From Octopus sinensis (Eukaryota): DNA of 64,000 bases. Each line of letters starts with the position of its first letter. The first letter of the stretch is position 1. The notes below the pieces were generated by a model. That model was not told the origin of the DNA. It saw only the letters and a program-made list of their open reading frames with translations, and ran no database searches. Shown piece after piece: positions 1 through 12,343 of this stretch. Location: assembly GCF_006345805.1 (NCBI RefSeq), contig NC_042997.1, positions 120,342,001 through 120,406,000 of the forward strand, read 5' to 3'. Both the position numbers and the translations under genes were made by a program.

Positions 1-338
1 AAACGAACATAACTCATACACCAAGAACATATGCATCCATATCCAATACTTATAGAAATTCTCCCATTGCCGCCTCTATTTTAAAGCATTTTCTACTCCA
101 TGAAATTTTAATTTGCTTCCACATTCTGAAAGTAAGCCAAACTTATAAATTATTTTCGCACATTCTAACCTTGTTCATAAATATATATCTGCAAAATTGT
201 TTTACGCATTATAGGGACCACACACACACAAATCTACTCCCACACAGAATCTATAAATCTTTCGAAACTCTCTCTCTCTCTCTCTCGCTCTCTCTCTCTA
301 CCTTCATCTAATATATATCTCTTTCAATCGACTTTCCG

Positions 339-352
339 TCTATCTATCTATG

Positions 353-435
<83 letters not shown>

Positions 436-478
436 ATTTATTTATCTATCAACATATCTATGTATCTATGCATCTCTC

Positions 479-574
<96 letters not shown>

Positions 575-590
575 GTCTATCTATCTGTCA
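339..590. repeat. (TCTA)n microsatellite
   Basis: Long tatc/tcta run; it generates the spurious YLSI-repeat ORFs at 350-735. Confidence 0.97.
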
Positions 591-1390
591 GTCTTTATAT
601 ATTTGTGCAGCGGTGTGTTATGTAAGCGTACGTGTGTATTCTGTGTGTGTTCTTGTATTCAATGATTGGGTCACTGTTGTACCGGGGCAAATAGGCCCCA
701 GTACATATTCATTGTTTTGTTTTTTTTGCTTTTGAAGTCTTATATTTTATTGATTTATTTTCACATTTGTGTTATGTTTTTTAACCGCTAATTTAGGGGG
801 AGTCGTTAAGAAACCAGCACACGTTGTAAAGCGGTATGGGAACAATGAAGTTATTGTTTCTTATTGTGTCGCTCCCGCTTAGCCCAGGTTATTCACTTTT
901 ATTACAAGCCAGCTGTAATTCACAAATCTAGTGTTTGAAGTAAAGTATATCTTCATTCTGCTAAATGTCTTTACATAACCTCAAATTCCATTTTCCCTCA
1001 TAGCTGTTGTATCTTTCAAACAATCACACACACACACATGTATACACCTACACATATGGGTGCAGGCGTGGCTGTGTATAAGATGCTTGCTCCCAAACCG
1101 TATAATTCATGGTTCCGTCACACTGCATGGCAACTTGAGCAAGTATCTTTTATTATAGCCTCGGGCTATATATTTGTGTGTGTGTGTTGTATGTGTATGT
1201 ATGCGTGTGTGTATACGAGAGTGGTGTGAGTGTTTATGTTTTTACTCACCACCGTTTGGTTAATGTGTGTTCCCCTTAAATTAGTGATTCACCGAAAGTG
1301 ATGATAGTATATGTAAAATACTTTAAAATATATAAACAGAAGTTCTGAGTTCGAATCCCAGACGAGCCCTTTTTAATGTTGAATGTTTTA

Positions 1391-1544
1391 GGCGCAGGAG
1401 TGGCTGTGTGGTAAATAGCTTGTTTATCAACCACATGGTTCCGGTTTCAGTTCTACTGCATGGGCAAGTGTCTTCTACTATAGCCTCGAGCCGACCAAAG
1501 CCCTGCGAGTGGATCAGGTAGACGGAAACTGAAAGAAGCCTATT

Positions 1545-1592
<48 letters not shown>

Positions 1593-1796
1593 TGTGTGTC
1601 TGTGTTTGTCCCCTCAACATAGCTTGACAACCGATGGTGGTGTGTTTACGTCCCCGTAACTTAGCCGTTCGGCAAAAGATACCGATAGAATAAGTACGAG
1701 GCTTGCAAAAAATAAGTCCTGGAGTCGATTTGCTCGACTAAAGGTGGTGCTCCACCATGCCCGCACTCAAATAACTGAAACAAGTAAAAAGAGTAA
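1391..1796 (+). mobile_element. tRNA-derived SINE, family B (ggcgcaggagtggctgtgtggt head) with internal (TA)n
   Basis: A-box-like GTGGCTGTGTGG and B-box-like GGTTTCAGTTC; related copies at 1063-1170, 12444-12784 and about 38400-38490. Confidence 0.8.
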
Positions 1797-1849
1797 GTAA
1801 AATACGTAGTATTTTTGGAGGAATTAATTTCCTTAAAATAATCGGTGTG

Positions 1850-1932
<83 letters not shown>

Positions 1933-1937
1933 GTTTA

Positions 1938-2270
1938 TCTCTTATATATAAATCACAGGTTGTGCGTAGAATGACTAACACATACATTTACACAATTCTC
2001 AACCGATTTTCACCGAACTTTACGCACGCATTACTTATGTCTCAGGTATGGTCATGCACTAAAATATTTCCCCAGAGCCTCCATGTAAATGGATGTAAAT
2101 TGACATAGCTTTTGTTTGTAGGGTCTTCCATACTTTTTGGATTATTTTAATAAAATTTGAAGCATGCTGTCTATTTATATAATTTGACTGACCACCAGCA
2201 ACGGTTATAAAATAGCTAGGAACACTGTACGCGAAGAATATCAAATACCAAACATTTTTAACCTCCATAT
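1938..2270 (+). mobile_element. Probable non-autonomous Helitron 5' fragment
   Basis: Starts A|TCTCTTATATATAAA, resembling the TC-TATATATA start of the Helitron at 41183-41970; no 3' hairpin/CTAG end found. Confidence 0.35.
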
Positions 2271-2313
2271 TTAAGCTGCATTAAACTTTGGCACGCTTAC
2301 CTTCATCTATTCT

Positions 2314-3640
2314 GGCGCCTTTTCATGTAAGCTTAAATGCGATTTGCTTTCGTTTTTACCTTAAATATTGTTTAGTTTTTTTGCACTTAAGCGTGACAGC
2401 TGAAATATGATTTGGTTTCTTTTTTTTACTGTATATATCAATTAGTTTCATCTTGTTTTTATTAATTTAATGGACAACGAAAAAGTAACTGATTGGTGCT
2501 GACAACATGGGCTCTTGCAAAATGAATGTATTGCCCTTCATGTAGCTTAGAAATATATTTTGCGAAAGATAAAAAAATTAGCGATGATATCATTTGTCAA
2601 TGTAGAAGGCCGCATAGGAAAAGATTGTCAATTAGATCTGGCACTTTCATTGAAGGGAAACTCCCATTAAGAACAATTGTTTCGTTAATGCATTGGTGGT
2701 CATATGATGTGAGTAATACAAAATTTATAATTCGTGAATTGGGTTTAGCCTCTGAGGCTGTTGTGAATTGGAATAATCATTTCAGAGATATGTGAAGATT
2801 ATTTCATGAAATATCCTCTTGAATTGGGCGGAGAAGGAATGAATGTGGAAATAGATGAATTGGTTTTTGTTCGACGAAAGATTAATGCTGGTCACCAAGT
2901 GCAAACTCAATGGGTATTTGGTGGGATTGAATTAGGGCAAGGAAGAAAGTGCTTTTTGGTTGCAGTTCAAGACAGATCAGCTGAAACGTTATTACCAACA
3001 ATTCAACAATATATACGCCCTGGAACAACAATAATATCCGATTTATGGAAGGCTTATAGCACCATTGCGAACCTTCGTTTTAATCACCTCACTGTCAATC
3101 ACTCAGTTAATTTCGTCGATCCTGTTTCACATGCTTCAACCAATCATGTAAAGGCAATATGGAACAGTACTAAAAGACGGAATAAAAGTGAAATTGGAAC
3201 AGCAAGAACACGTCTTAATAGTTACGTAGTTAAAGTCATGTGGCGATATTAATTTAATGATCATCTGTTCCAGAATATTTTGATTGGTGTGAAAGATGTT
3301 TATAATCTCTTACTTAAAAAAAATAATATGTGTTTTGTTAGTATTTTTGTTTTAATTTTAATTTCTTATTGAATATATTTTAGCTATCACGCTTAAGTGT
3401 TCATTTTTTATTAAATATCTTTTAGCTTTCTCCCTTAAAGGAAATAAAGCTCCTTCGTTTCTTATTAAATATATTTTAGCTGTCATTCTTAGCACTAAAT
3501 ATAAATAAATAAAAATTATATTTTTTAAACACGAAGCTAAATCATATTTAAGCTGTCACGCTTAAACGAAACTAAACTATATTTAAGGTAAAACAAAAGT
3601 AAATTATATTTAAGCTGTCACGCTTAATCGAAAAAGCGCC
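2314..3640 (+). mobile_element. Merlin-superfamily (IS1595/ISXO2-like) DNA transposon, 1327 bp
   Basis: Imperfect TIRs of about 100 bp start GGCGC (2314) and end GCGCC (3640). The 8-bp TSD is TCTATTCT (2306-2313) / TCTTTTCT (3641-3648). Subterminal repeats tttaagctgtcacgcttaa; internal ISXO2-like transposase. Confidence 0.9.
2470..3252 (+). pseudogene. Merlin DDE transposase, disrupted
   Basis: Motifs YCPSC, VEIDE, WVFGG, DRSAETLLPTIQQYIRPGTTIISDLWKAY, HLTVNHSVNFVDP, TNHVKAIW. Frameshift at 2793 (atg-t-gaa, probably a 2-bp loss from atgtgtgaa) and an upstream stop. The third catalytic residue (normally E in T..IES.W) reads K. Confidence 0.9.
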
Positions 3641-4517
3641 TCTTTTCTGAGTTACTTGAAAGGTGATGTTCCCTTCCTTCTCTTCTATTTGTTGATACCT
3701 TTGTTTACCTACCAATACGTTGTTTCACTTCAAGCATGTTGATTTACCCATCCGTTATAATATTTCGGCTGTCGTCCATTGTTTTAAATAGGTTTTAGCA
3801 TTATCGTTCTAGCCTTTTTTAAACAATCATATATGATTCCCCCTAAAGAATCAAATTTTAAATAAAAGTTATATTTTCACTAGCGAAAGCTATACGTATC
3901 TTTCAAAAATCTCCATACCAACTTAGATTTATGCAGCATTCTCTGTTAGTTTATGCACAAAGGGTGTTTTGTTAGCTTCTCTCTCCGAAAAAATAGTTCC
4001 TTTGCTGTTGAAAAAAATAAACTCGCAGATGGGAAGTTTCAACGTCTTCTTTCAATTTCATTACACCATTTATGTGGCTGTTTCTGCTACTCCCAAAACA
4101 CTTCAAAAGATATACTTTGCATTGCTTGCAAACTTATATGTCCTATGATCATTAAAGTGCAGTGACCTCCACAATAACCAGACTTCAATTTCATTTTCCG
4201 TTCCTAGGTTAATCGGAAACGTACATTGCTGTAATACTCATAAACCTTCTCAGTACTTCAATTATTTTGCGAAAGAAAATATCACAAAAGTTACTTAAAC
4301 CTTTGAAAGAACGGGTGCGTTTGCTAGCATTCATAGAAAAGAAGAAAAGAAAATGGAGAATGGGAAGTTAATAATTGTTTATTATTAACAAAGACTTAAT
4401 CATCTTCAATTACATCTGTTTCAATTAATGCTCAGTAAATATTAGGTAAATATTAAATTTATATTTATGTGACCTGCGTGGCGTTCGATTATGAATAAAT
4501 AATAAATATGCATTATA

Positions 4518-5620
4518 TACAGGGTATCACCAACGAGTGAAAAATTCGTAAACACACGAGTGATAAGTACAAGATAAAATACCGTCGAAGCTCTGACTCT
4601 CCATGAATTTTATATTTTTTAAATTTCTGGATGCTGGTATATTATGAAGTTTTCCTATTTTGTCGTTGAAAGCACGATTTAGGAGCAATTAGATGTCCGA
4701 CAACTGATGAGGTGTTATCTACTTTTTTGTCTATGTTTCTGCTATATTTTCCAGTACTTACTGCTCGTGTGTTTACGTAGGTTTCACTCGTTGGTGATGT
4801 CCTGTACACAATGTGTATTTTTTATAATCGAACGCCACGCAGCCTTGACCACTGTAAGTTCTTATATTTATATATAATTTCTGCGACTACACACTATTTT
4901 CTCTCTTTTTCTCTATCCCACTATAACCTTCTTTTCTATCCTCTATCTATCTGTCCATTCTCTACTATCTGTCATACCTTCTCCCTTCTCACACCTTTTG
5001 TTTCTTTCCCTCATCCTATCTATTGTCCACTTCCCCTCTGCCCTTGTTAGTGACACGTGACTACAGGTAAATTTTCTTGCTCCTGTTTTTACTGGACAAG
5101 ACGTTCATCGAACTGGATGTCATTTCTCTCGGCTCCCGACTTTTTCCTTGTACAATTTTGTTCTCTTCTAATTATTCTATTCTACTATTTTCTTCTACTA
5201 TATTCTTCTCTTCTAATTATTCTACTTCCATGAAAGAATTTCTCCTAGGCATTGCGTTAACCATTACAATTAGTCTTCGCCGAACGGCCCTTAATATTTG
5301 TCTCCGCCGATTGTTTACTCTGTACATCCTCTCTGTCGTTGTTTGTTCTTTCGAAGACCTAACTCTTAAAAAATTTCCTGATTCTGCTGTCATTTTGTCA
5401 TTAAAAGTACGATATAGAAGTAATAAAAAGTCCAACAACTGATGAGGAGTTATATTCGTTTGTTATTTTGTCCCGTACTTATCACTCATTACTTGTCTAC
5501 GTATTTTTAACTCGTTGGTGATGTCCTGTAGTTATTGTGTATGTTTTTGGTATTTTTTCCTGTACACATCTCACGTATATTTACGTATCTTACCCTCGTT
5601 GGTGATGCCCTGTACACAAC
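4518..5620 (+). mobile_element. PLE-like non-coding derivative with tandem and inverted terminal repeats
   Basis: Motif ctcgttggtgatgtcctgta occurs three times directly (about 4786, 5510, 5595) and once inverted (4518-4570 vs 4754-4806). Direct repeat caactgatgagg at 4701 and 5436; CT-rich spacer. Related sequence at 8760-9560 (-). Confidence 0.55.
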
Positions 5621-6076
5621 GTTTCTTTTATATACATATTACTCAAAGAAATTCTAACCTTGTCTGATTTTCACTTTTTATTTACAATCTTATAATAATA
5701 GAATATAAGATGATATAATGTAATGCGATGATAGATTATTAAATGTGTATTCTGATTGAACTGGTACTTGAATGCATTAAACTATACAATATTCAGGTTC
5801 GTATAGTAGTGGTGGTCGTTATGTTTTACAATTTACAACAGTAAATTGTAAATTGTAAAATGCAATAGTCATCACTAATATATGAACCTAAAGATTGCAT
5901 AGTCAGAATGGACATTTGATATTCTATCATTTCATTATATTTTATTATCTTATCTTATTATTATAAGATTGTAAATAAAACGTGAAAATAAAAGTTGGAA
6001 TTCCTTTGAGCAATGTATTCTTCTATACACAATCATACACACCCGTGTGTGCATATATGTATATGTATATACATAC

Positions 6077-6109
<33 letters not shown>

Positions 6110-6139
6110 TATATATATATATTTATATTTATATATATA

Positions 6140-6188
<49 letters not shown>

Positions 6189-6195
6189 ATATATA

Positions 6196-7410
6196 TACTG
6201 TCGTTACCGTCTTGCTTTTTTTTACCCCTCTGCGAAAAGATCTCAGAATTTTAATTGATTTGCTTTTCGCGGGAAGGAAGTTTTCTTCGAAGTATACGTC
6301 TCGCTTTTATCCTTCGAAACGTTTAGTAGATGAAACCTTAGCGACTGAAGAAGGGGTTTTTTCGTTGTGCTTATTGTCCTGTATCTCTCTTTTTTTTGCT
6401 TGTCCTGTTCCTTGGTTTGTGTCTGTGTTTCGTCTCTCTATGTGTTCGACGTCTTTTTGGTGTCCTGTACACATATATGCGTGTATATGTACATGTAGAG
6501 GTAGGTACGTACATATATGTTTATATATATGCATATGTTCTATTTTATTAACATATTATACGACTAAACGCACGCACCCTATTAAGTAAGATTGTTCTGT
6601 TTATCAAGTTAGCCTTGATATTAACTCTCACGCGACTCTGCATCTTTCTTTCTTTCTCTCCCTATCCTTTTTCGTCTTTTTTTCCCTCACTTAACTTGTC
6701 TCTCCTCTCTCTCTCATTCTTCATTCTCTCTCTCCCTTTCACCATTCTTCATGGTCTCCTCGCACCATTCCCCTTCTTCTCTCTCTTCCTCTTGCTCCTC
6801 CTCCCCCATTCCCGTCGTCCATCTGCGACGATACTTCCGTCGTAACTGCTATCCTGTCTTCTCGCCCGCCTTGTAAGGCTACTGGTCGACACATTTTCAC
6901 TCTCTCGTCGTCCACGATAATCCAGCGTTTGCAATACTTTTTTCGTCTGGCGTTAACAGCCCTTCTTATCTTGTTCTCCTTGTCCTGTCTCTCACTGTTA
7001 TATATTTATTTTCCCACTGTTTATATATATATTTTTTACTGTTTATTATGTTTGTACTGTCGTTACCGTCTTGCTTTTTTTTACCCCTCTGCGAAAAGAT
7101 CTCAGAATTTTAATTGATTTGCTTTTCGCGGGAAGGAAGTTTTCTTCGAAGTATACGTCTCGCTTTTATCCTTCGAAACGTTTAGTAGATGAAACCTTAG
7201 CGACTGAAGAAGGGGTTTTTTCGTTGTGCTTATTGTCCTGTATCTCTCTTTTTTTTGCTTGTCCTGTTCCTTGGTTTGTGCCTATGTGTTTCGTCTCTCT
7301 ATGTGTTCGACGTCTCTTTTTGGTGTCCTGTACACATATATGCGTGTATATGTACATGTAGAGGTAGGTACGTACATATATGTTTATATATGCATATGTT
7401 CTATTTTATT

Positions 7411-7417
<7 letters not shown>
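6196..7417 (+). mobile_element. (TA)n-embedded element: two near-identical ~360-bp direct repeats around a CT-rich spacer (pLTR-like)
   Basis: 6196-6556 closely matches 7055-7417; (TA)n on both flanks; ends in a ggtgtcctgtac motif shared with the 4.5-5.6 kb element. Confidence 0.6.
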
Positions 7418-7464
<47 letters not shown>

Positions 7465-7487
7465 ATATATATATAAGCAAAATATTT

Positions 7488-8585
7488 AATCACTAAGATT
7501 TGAAATAAGATGTCTCTACTGTTAATATCATCTGTGAATAAATTTTTAAATTGATATCACCAGCAGAGACATACGTTGATCGCAGCCATAATAGCATTAT
7601 ATTGCTATGAATTATAAATTTGCACGAAGAATAATGACGCTTAAAAAAATACACCTGCTACTAATATGAGCTAAAGACATAAATTTATACACTGTATAGC
7701 ACCAAAATAACAGAGAAAAGCAGTATTCAAGGAAAACGGAAAGCACAAAATAACATATTATGCAGTTTAAGACATCCACATACACGGGTTTCGGTTTTTT
7801 GATATTTAATCTTTGAGTTTCTTCAGTGTGAACTACCCAGTAAGAATTCACGGCCCTCACGTCAAACTCTGAGAGTGCAAAAACAGAGCAAATGGTGCAG
7901 AAAAATTATAAACGAAACATTCAATCACTAAGATTTGAAATAAGATGTCTCTACTATTAATATCATCTGTGGATAAATTTTTTAATTGATGATATCACCT
8001 ACAGATAGGTGGATCGCGGGCACAGTAGCATTATATAGCTATGAATTATATATTTACAGAAAACGTAATGATGCGTAAAAAGCATTTTCCTACAAGAAAT
8101 AATAGCTAAAGTTTTAAATTAATCCACTGTACAGCATCAAGATAACGTAAAAATGCAGTATGCTAGTAAAACGGAAAGAATTAATAGATTTAGCAGTTTA
8201 TCATTACACTTCGTGCAAATTTCATCAGATTTCAAATTTATCCACAGACGTTATTAACAGTAGAGATATCTTATTTCAAATCTTAGAGTTTGAATGCTTT
8301 GCTTATAATCATTCTGTACCATATGCTCTGTTTTTGAGTTTTTGACGCAATACAAAACCAGTTGCATTGTCAGAGTTTAACAGTCGGTCGTGAATTCTTA
8401 CTGATACATCAAGGATTAAATATCGAAAAGCTGAAACCCGGGTATGTGGATGTCCTAAACTGCATAATATTTTATTTGTGCTGTTCAATGTATTAATTCA
8501 TTCCGCTTTCCTTGCATATTGTTTTTTCTCTCTTATATTGGTGCTGTACGGTGGATTAATTTAAGACTTTAGCCCTTATTTCTTG
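7488..8585. mobile_element. PLE-type partial tandem (435-bp period) plus inverted copy
   Basis: aatcactaagatttgaaataagatgtctctac at 7488 and 7923; 8201-8585 is an inverted copy spanning the unit junction; flanked by (TA)n; contains hammerhead remnants. Confidence 0.7.
7775..7832 (-). ncRNA. Type I hammerhead ribozyme, degenerate stem II
   Basis: Minus strand: UUCACA-CUGAAGA-(stem II unpaired)-GAAA-C-CCGU-GUA-UGUGGA. Stem I is 6 bp. The sister copy at 8401-8455 has the palindromic stem III ACCCGGGU but has lost the CUGANGA core. Confidence 0.55.
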
Positions 8586-8627
8586 CATGTGAATGCTTTC
8601 CAAGCATCATTACGTTTCGTCCAAATT

Positions 8628-8718
<91 letters not shown>

Positions 8719-8759
8719 ATATCATATATATATGTATATATTGTATATATATGCATATA

Positions 8760-9560
8760 TGGGTACAGGACGTCACCATCTGTGTAAACATGAAGAATTA
8801 CGAAAACAAATGAGTTAAAAACGCTAACAACGAGAGAAAATGGAAAACAGGACAAGTAAACATAGAGAACGACCCTACCTGAGTTATCGGCTGTCTATCT
8901 GCTCCTCATTTCGAGCATACAACGACAATATGAGTCTTCAAAGGCAGTTACTCCCATCAATTCTAAAATAAAATTTGGGATATATGGAGGGTCAAATTTG
9001 GGAACAAAAACAGGACAGTGGAGACATAGAAGGAAAACGAACGATAACAAACATTGAGGTTCGTTAGACCAGAACGAGAGAGAAATAGTGAACGCTGGGA
9101 GAAATATTTTCTTTGAAAAGAGAAAAGATAACAGAGAGGGAAAAACACATATTCCGTAGAACGTGCAGGAAACGAAAGATGGTCACGTAAAGAAAAGAAA
9201 GATGGACGATGATCATATGTGAGCAGCGAGCGAGAGAAAAAGAGAAAGAGAGGGAGAGAGGGAGAGACAGATAGCAAATGGTGAAGGAGAGGAAAAGGGA
9301 ATTAGACAAGGATGATGAAGAAAACTGTATAGAGTAGAGACGCATCAAAACATACCAAGTCCAATATAAATCGTAGATCTAGCGTAGGTAGAAAAAGAGC
9401 ACTTGTGTTTCGGTAGCATTTCGCTGATGTATCCATAGATTACATCTCAGTATAAGTGCACCCTCCTCAGATACAATTTTAACATGTATAATCATAGAAG
9501 ATAAAAACCCATCAGAAAACCTAGTCACTAAATAACATGATGATGCATGTATGAATGTGA
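8760..9560 (-). mobile_element. PLE-like derivative, same family as 4518-5620
   Basis: ggtgacgtcctgtac end motif and tgaag...ttgtcgttg...aggagc...ccga.aact segment align with 4660-4810; strand-asymmetric purine-rich spacer; abuts (TA)n at 8630-8695. Confidence 0.5.
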
Positions 9561-9919
9561 GTTTATGTATGGGTGTGTCTTTGTATGTATGTATGTATAT
9601 ATGCATGTATGTATATATTATGTGTGCATGTATGCGTGTGCGCACACAGTCAGACGCGCGTGGGAACACAGTCGTAGATACGCACACACAAACATAGACT
9701 CATAGAATACACAAAATGTACAACATCGTTGCTTCGCTATCCCGATCATTCAGCGAATGGTGATCTCGAGTAAGCAATTTCATTCCAGTTGAAAACGAAT
9801 ATGGGCGAAATCTGTCGGAATTCCTCTCAGGCTCTTCATTTTCTACTGTGTCAAACGTGGGAGATCGGGGCAACAATACCTTCTCGGGAAATTATAGCCA
9901 TAGGAAACAGTGAGCAGAC

Positions 9920-9921
<2 letters not shown>

Positions 9922-10005
<84 letters not shown>

Positions 10006-10019
10006 CACACACACACACA
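9922..10019. repeat. (CA)n microsatellite
   Basis: Direct reading of the sequence. Confidence 0.97.
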
Positions 10020-11162
10020 TTGCCATCCCTTTCACTGACTTTCTCTGCTCTTCAATTTGTCAGAGCCACTGTGTTATTGTCCCCATTCCTTCACACTATT
10101 TCCTCTCTTTATTCTCCCCTATTTGCTTCATCTCTGATTAGTCATTCTGTAACCACAGCCATTGCTCAAATTAAACAAGCTCCGTCGTCTATACCTGCCT
10201 GTTGAATCTTGAGCTAAATTTTGGTTTATATTATCACATCATATATTTCCTGGACAGTTACACTATCAATCTTAGTTATGTAATTTACATATGCACAAAT
10301 GTTTGCCTCTTCTAGTGTATTTTTAAATGAGTTAACTCAACACAAATCTACCCTCTATAATGAAAGTAACTGGAAAGCATTTAACCTAAGCAAGAGCCTC
10401 TACTTGATAGCCCCAGGAATCTGTTCAATATAATTTGAATTGCTTTATATATAAGTCACTTCAAGATAATTGTTTCAGATTTTGAGACAAGGTCAGAAAG
10501 TTCAGTGAAGAGGGTAAATCGATTACATCGCCCTCCAATCTTCAACTGGTACTTATTTTATCGACCCCCAAAAGTGATAAAAGGCATGATCGACTTCTAC
10601 GCAACTTGAACTGAGAATGTATTTTGCGCGGAGTGTTAAGCGATTCTGTCATCTCTCCGCCTTAATCTCAGGAATATTATTAATTGGTTTTGTCTTGATA
10701 TTAACAACAGTGACAGCACTAAAAAAAAAAAAAACGCCATATATATGATTCCATGCTTTCAACAAAATGAAGTTATAAATTACAGTTCCCATGCCTGAGT
10801 GGCAAATACAGATGTTCTTCCTCAATTCTGAATTCAAATATCACTACCACCGACTTTGCTAACAATTTCAATGTATATGCAGATCTAGTGTGCAAGTATC
10901 AGAACAAGTAGCTTCAATAATAGTTAGGGCACTGCATTAACAGTATTGATACGTGTCGAAAACAATATTGTATGCCATGTTGTAACTTACCATTTGATTC
11001 TGTGGGGCAATCTTTCCGTGATCATCTTAAGACTTAGATTCTTGCTGGAATCGATAGTGTGAAGTAGCAGTTAAGTAACTGAACTTCTTGTATACACTTT
11101 ACATTCGTCGCAAATTTGCGACCCTCTGGCAAATCTAGATGCTAATACTAATCGTAATAAGA

Positions 11163-11163
11163 A

Positions 11164-11234
<71 letters not shown>

Positions 11235-11275
11235 ATAGTAGTAGTAGTAGTAGTAGTTGTTGTTGTTGTTGTTAT
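11163..11275. repeat. (TAG)n/(TTG)n compound microsatellite
   Basis: Direct reading; source of the poly-V and poly-T ORFs. Confidence 0.97.
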
Positions 11276-11574
11276 TGTAGCTGTAGTTGAACAATTAGAA
11301 ACTATCTGGAGCGTAGAAAATTTACACAATATGTAAAGCATTTACTCCATCACTACGTTACCACGTGCTTCAATTATTGATCGTTTGTGAAGTCTCAAAG
11401 ATTTACAAAGTTACAAAGTCGGGCGTGTGACTATCTTTCAGAATTGCAAATACGTTGAGATGAGAAAAGAATATAAAATATCGAAAAGAATACTTGTCAC
11501 GCGCGCCTCTTCTCTGCCTATTATTTACGTCATTCTTAAGTGGTCATGAGCATTTCAATATATTTAGATTGAAC

Positions 11575-11945
11575 GGCGGTGAGCTGGCAGAATCGTTAGC
11601 ACGCCGGGCGAAATGCTTAGCGGTATTTCGTCTGCCGCTACGTTCTGAGTTCAAATTCCGCTGAGTTCGACTTTGCCTTTCATTCTTTCGGGGTCGATAA
11701 ATTAAATACCCGTTACGCAGTGGAGTCGATGTAATCGACTTAATCCGTTTGTCTGCCCTTGTTTGTTCTCTCTGTGTTTAGCCCCTTGTGGGTAGTAAAG
11801 AAATCGGTATTTCGCCTGCCGAGGTTGACTTTGCCTTTCATCCTTTGGGGGTCAATAGGTTAACTACCAGTTGTGTACTCGGGTCGATATAATCGACTGG
11901 CCCCTACCCCAAAATTTCGAGCCGTATACCTAGAGTAAAAAAGAA
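11575..11945 (+). mobile_element. tRNA-derived SINE, family A (ggcggcgagctggcagaa head) with partial second unit
   Basis: A-box-like GAGCTGGCAGAA, B-box GAGTTCAAATTCC and a gtcgac-rich body. Many degraded copies elsewhere (about 11985, 13450, 18762, 26680, 30733, 33652, 38690). Confidence 0.85.
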
Positions 11946-12204
11946 TATGTTTAGATTGGTTGCATTGCTATTTACGTTTAAAGCAGCAGGCTGGCAGAAT
12001 CGATAAATCATCAGGAAATGCTTTTCGCTATTTCTTCCTATTGCTCGCATACTGAGTTCAAATTTCGCCGAAGCAAACCTTAATCCATTCAAGGACGATA
12101 AAATAAAGTATCATTCAATTACTTGAGTAGGGTTGGATGAAGTATTTATGTGGAAGAGTAGTTCCCGTGTTTCTCTTCTGCTTTGCCTTCGCAGATGCGG
12201 GTAC

Positions 12205-12343
12205 CTGCCTCTTGACCCTACAAGGACGGCTAAACCTCGAAGTGCCATCACCACCTCATCCGTCCGCACGTGAGCATCCACGCCTTCGCTGCTGCCGTTA
12301 CGCTGGCGGTGCTCCATCATGGCCATAGCCTTAGGGCTGAAAC
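12205..12343 (-). CDS. Candidate internal coding exon of an unidentified host gene
   Basis: GC-rich non-repeat island. Acceptor ttttttattctcttatttatttgcag|G and donor GCAG|gtaccc. The open frame (G)FSPKAMAMMEHRQRNGSSEGVDAHVRTDEVVMALRGLAVLVGSRG(R) has a strong G bias at codon position 1. A plus-strand terminal-exon reading is also possible. Confidence 0.4.

Noticed and set aside
4704-5445. CTGATGA at 4704 and 5439 as hammerhead cores
   Set aside because: No stem II-GAAA-stem III arrangement follows either motif.
6310-6360. GAAACGTT...CTGAAGA as a type II hammerhead
   Set aside because: Stem I and the 10.1/11.1 pair cannot be formed in the required register.
9395-9480. Minus-strand CUGAGGA...long stem II...GAAACAC-AA-GUGC
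   Set aside because: U16.1 is missing and there is no stem I pairing; at best a dead remnant.
12205-12343. NPY/NPF-like neuropeptide exon (ends R-G-R with a phase-2 donor)
   Set aside because: It lacks the PxxP and tyrosine pattern, and no downstream F/Y-G-K-R exon was found.
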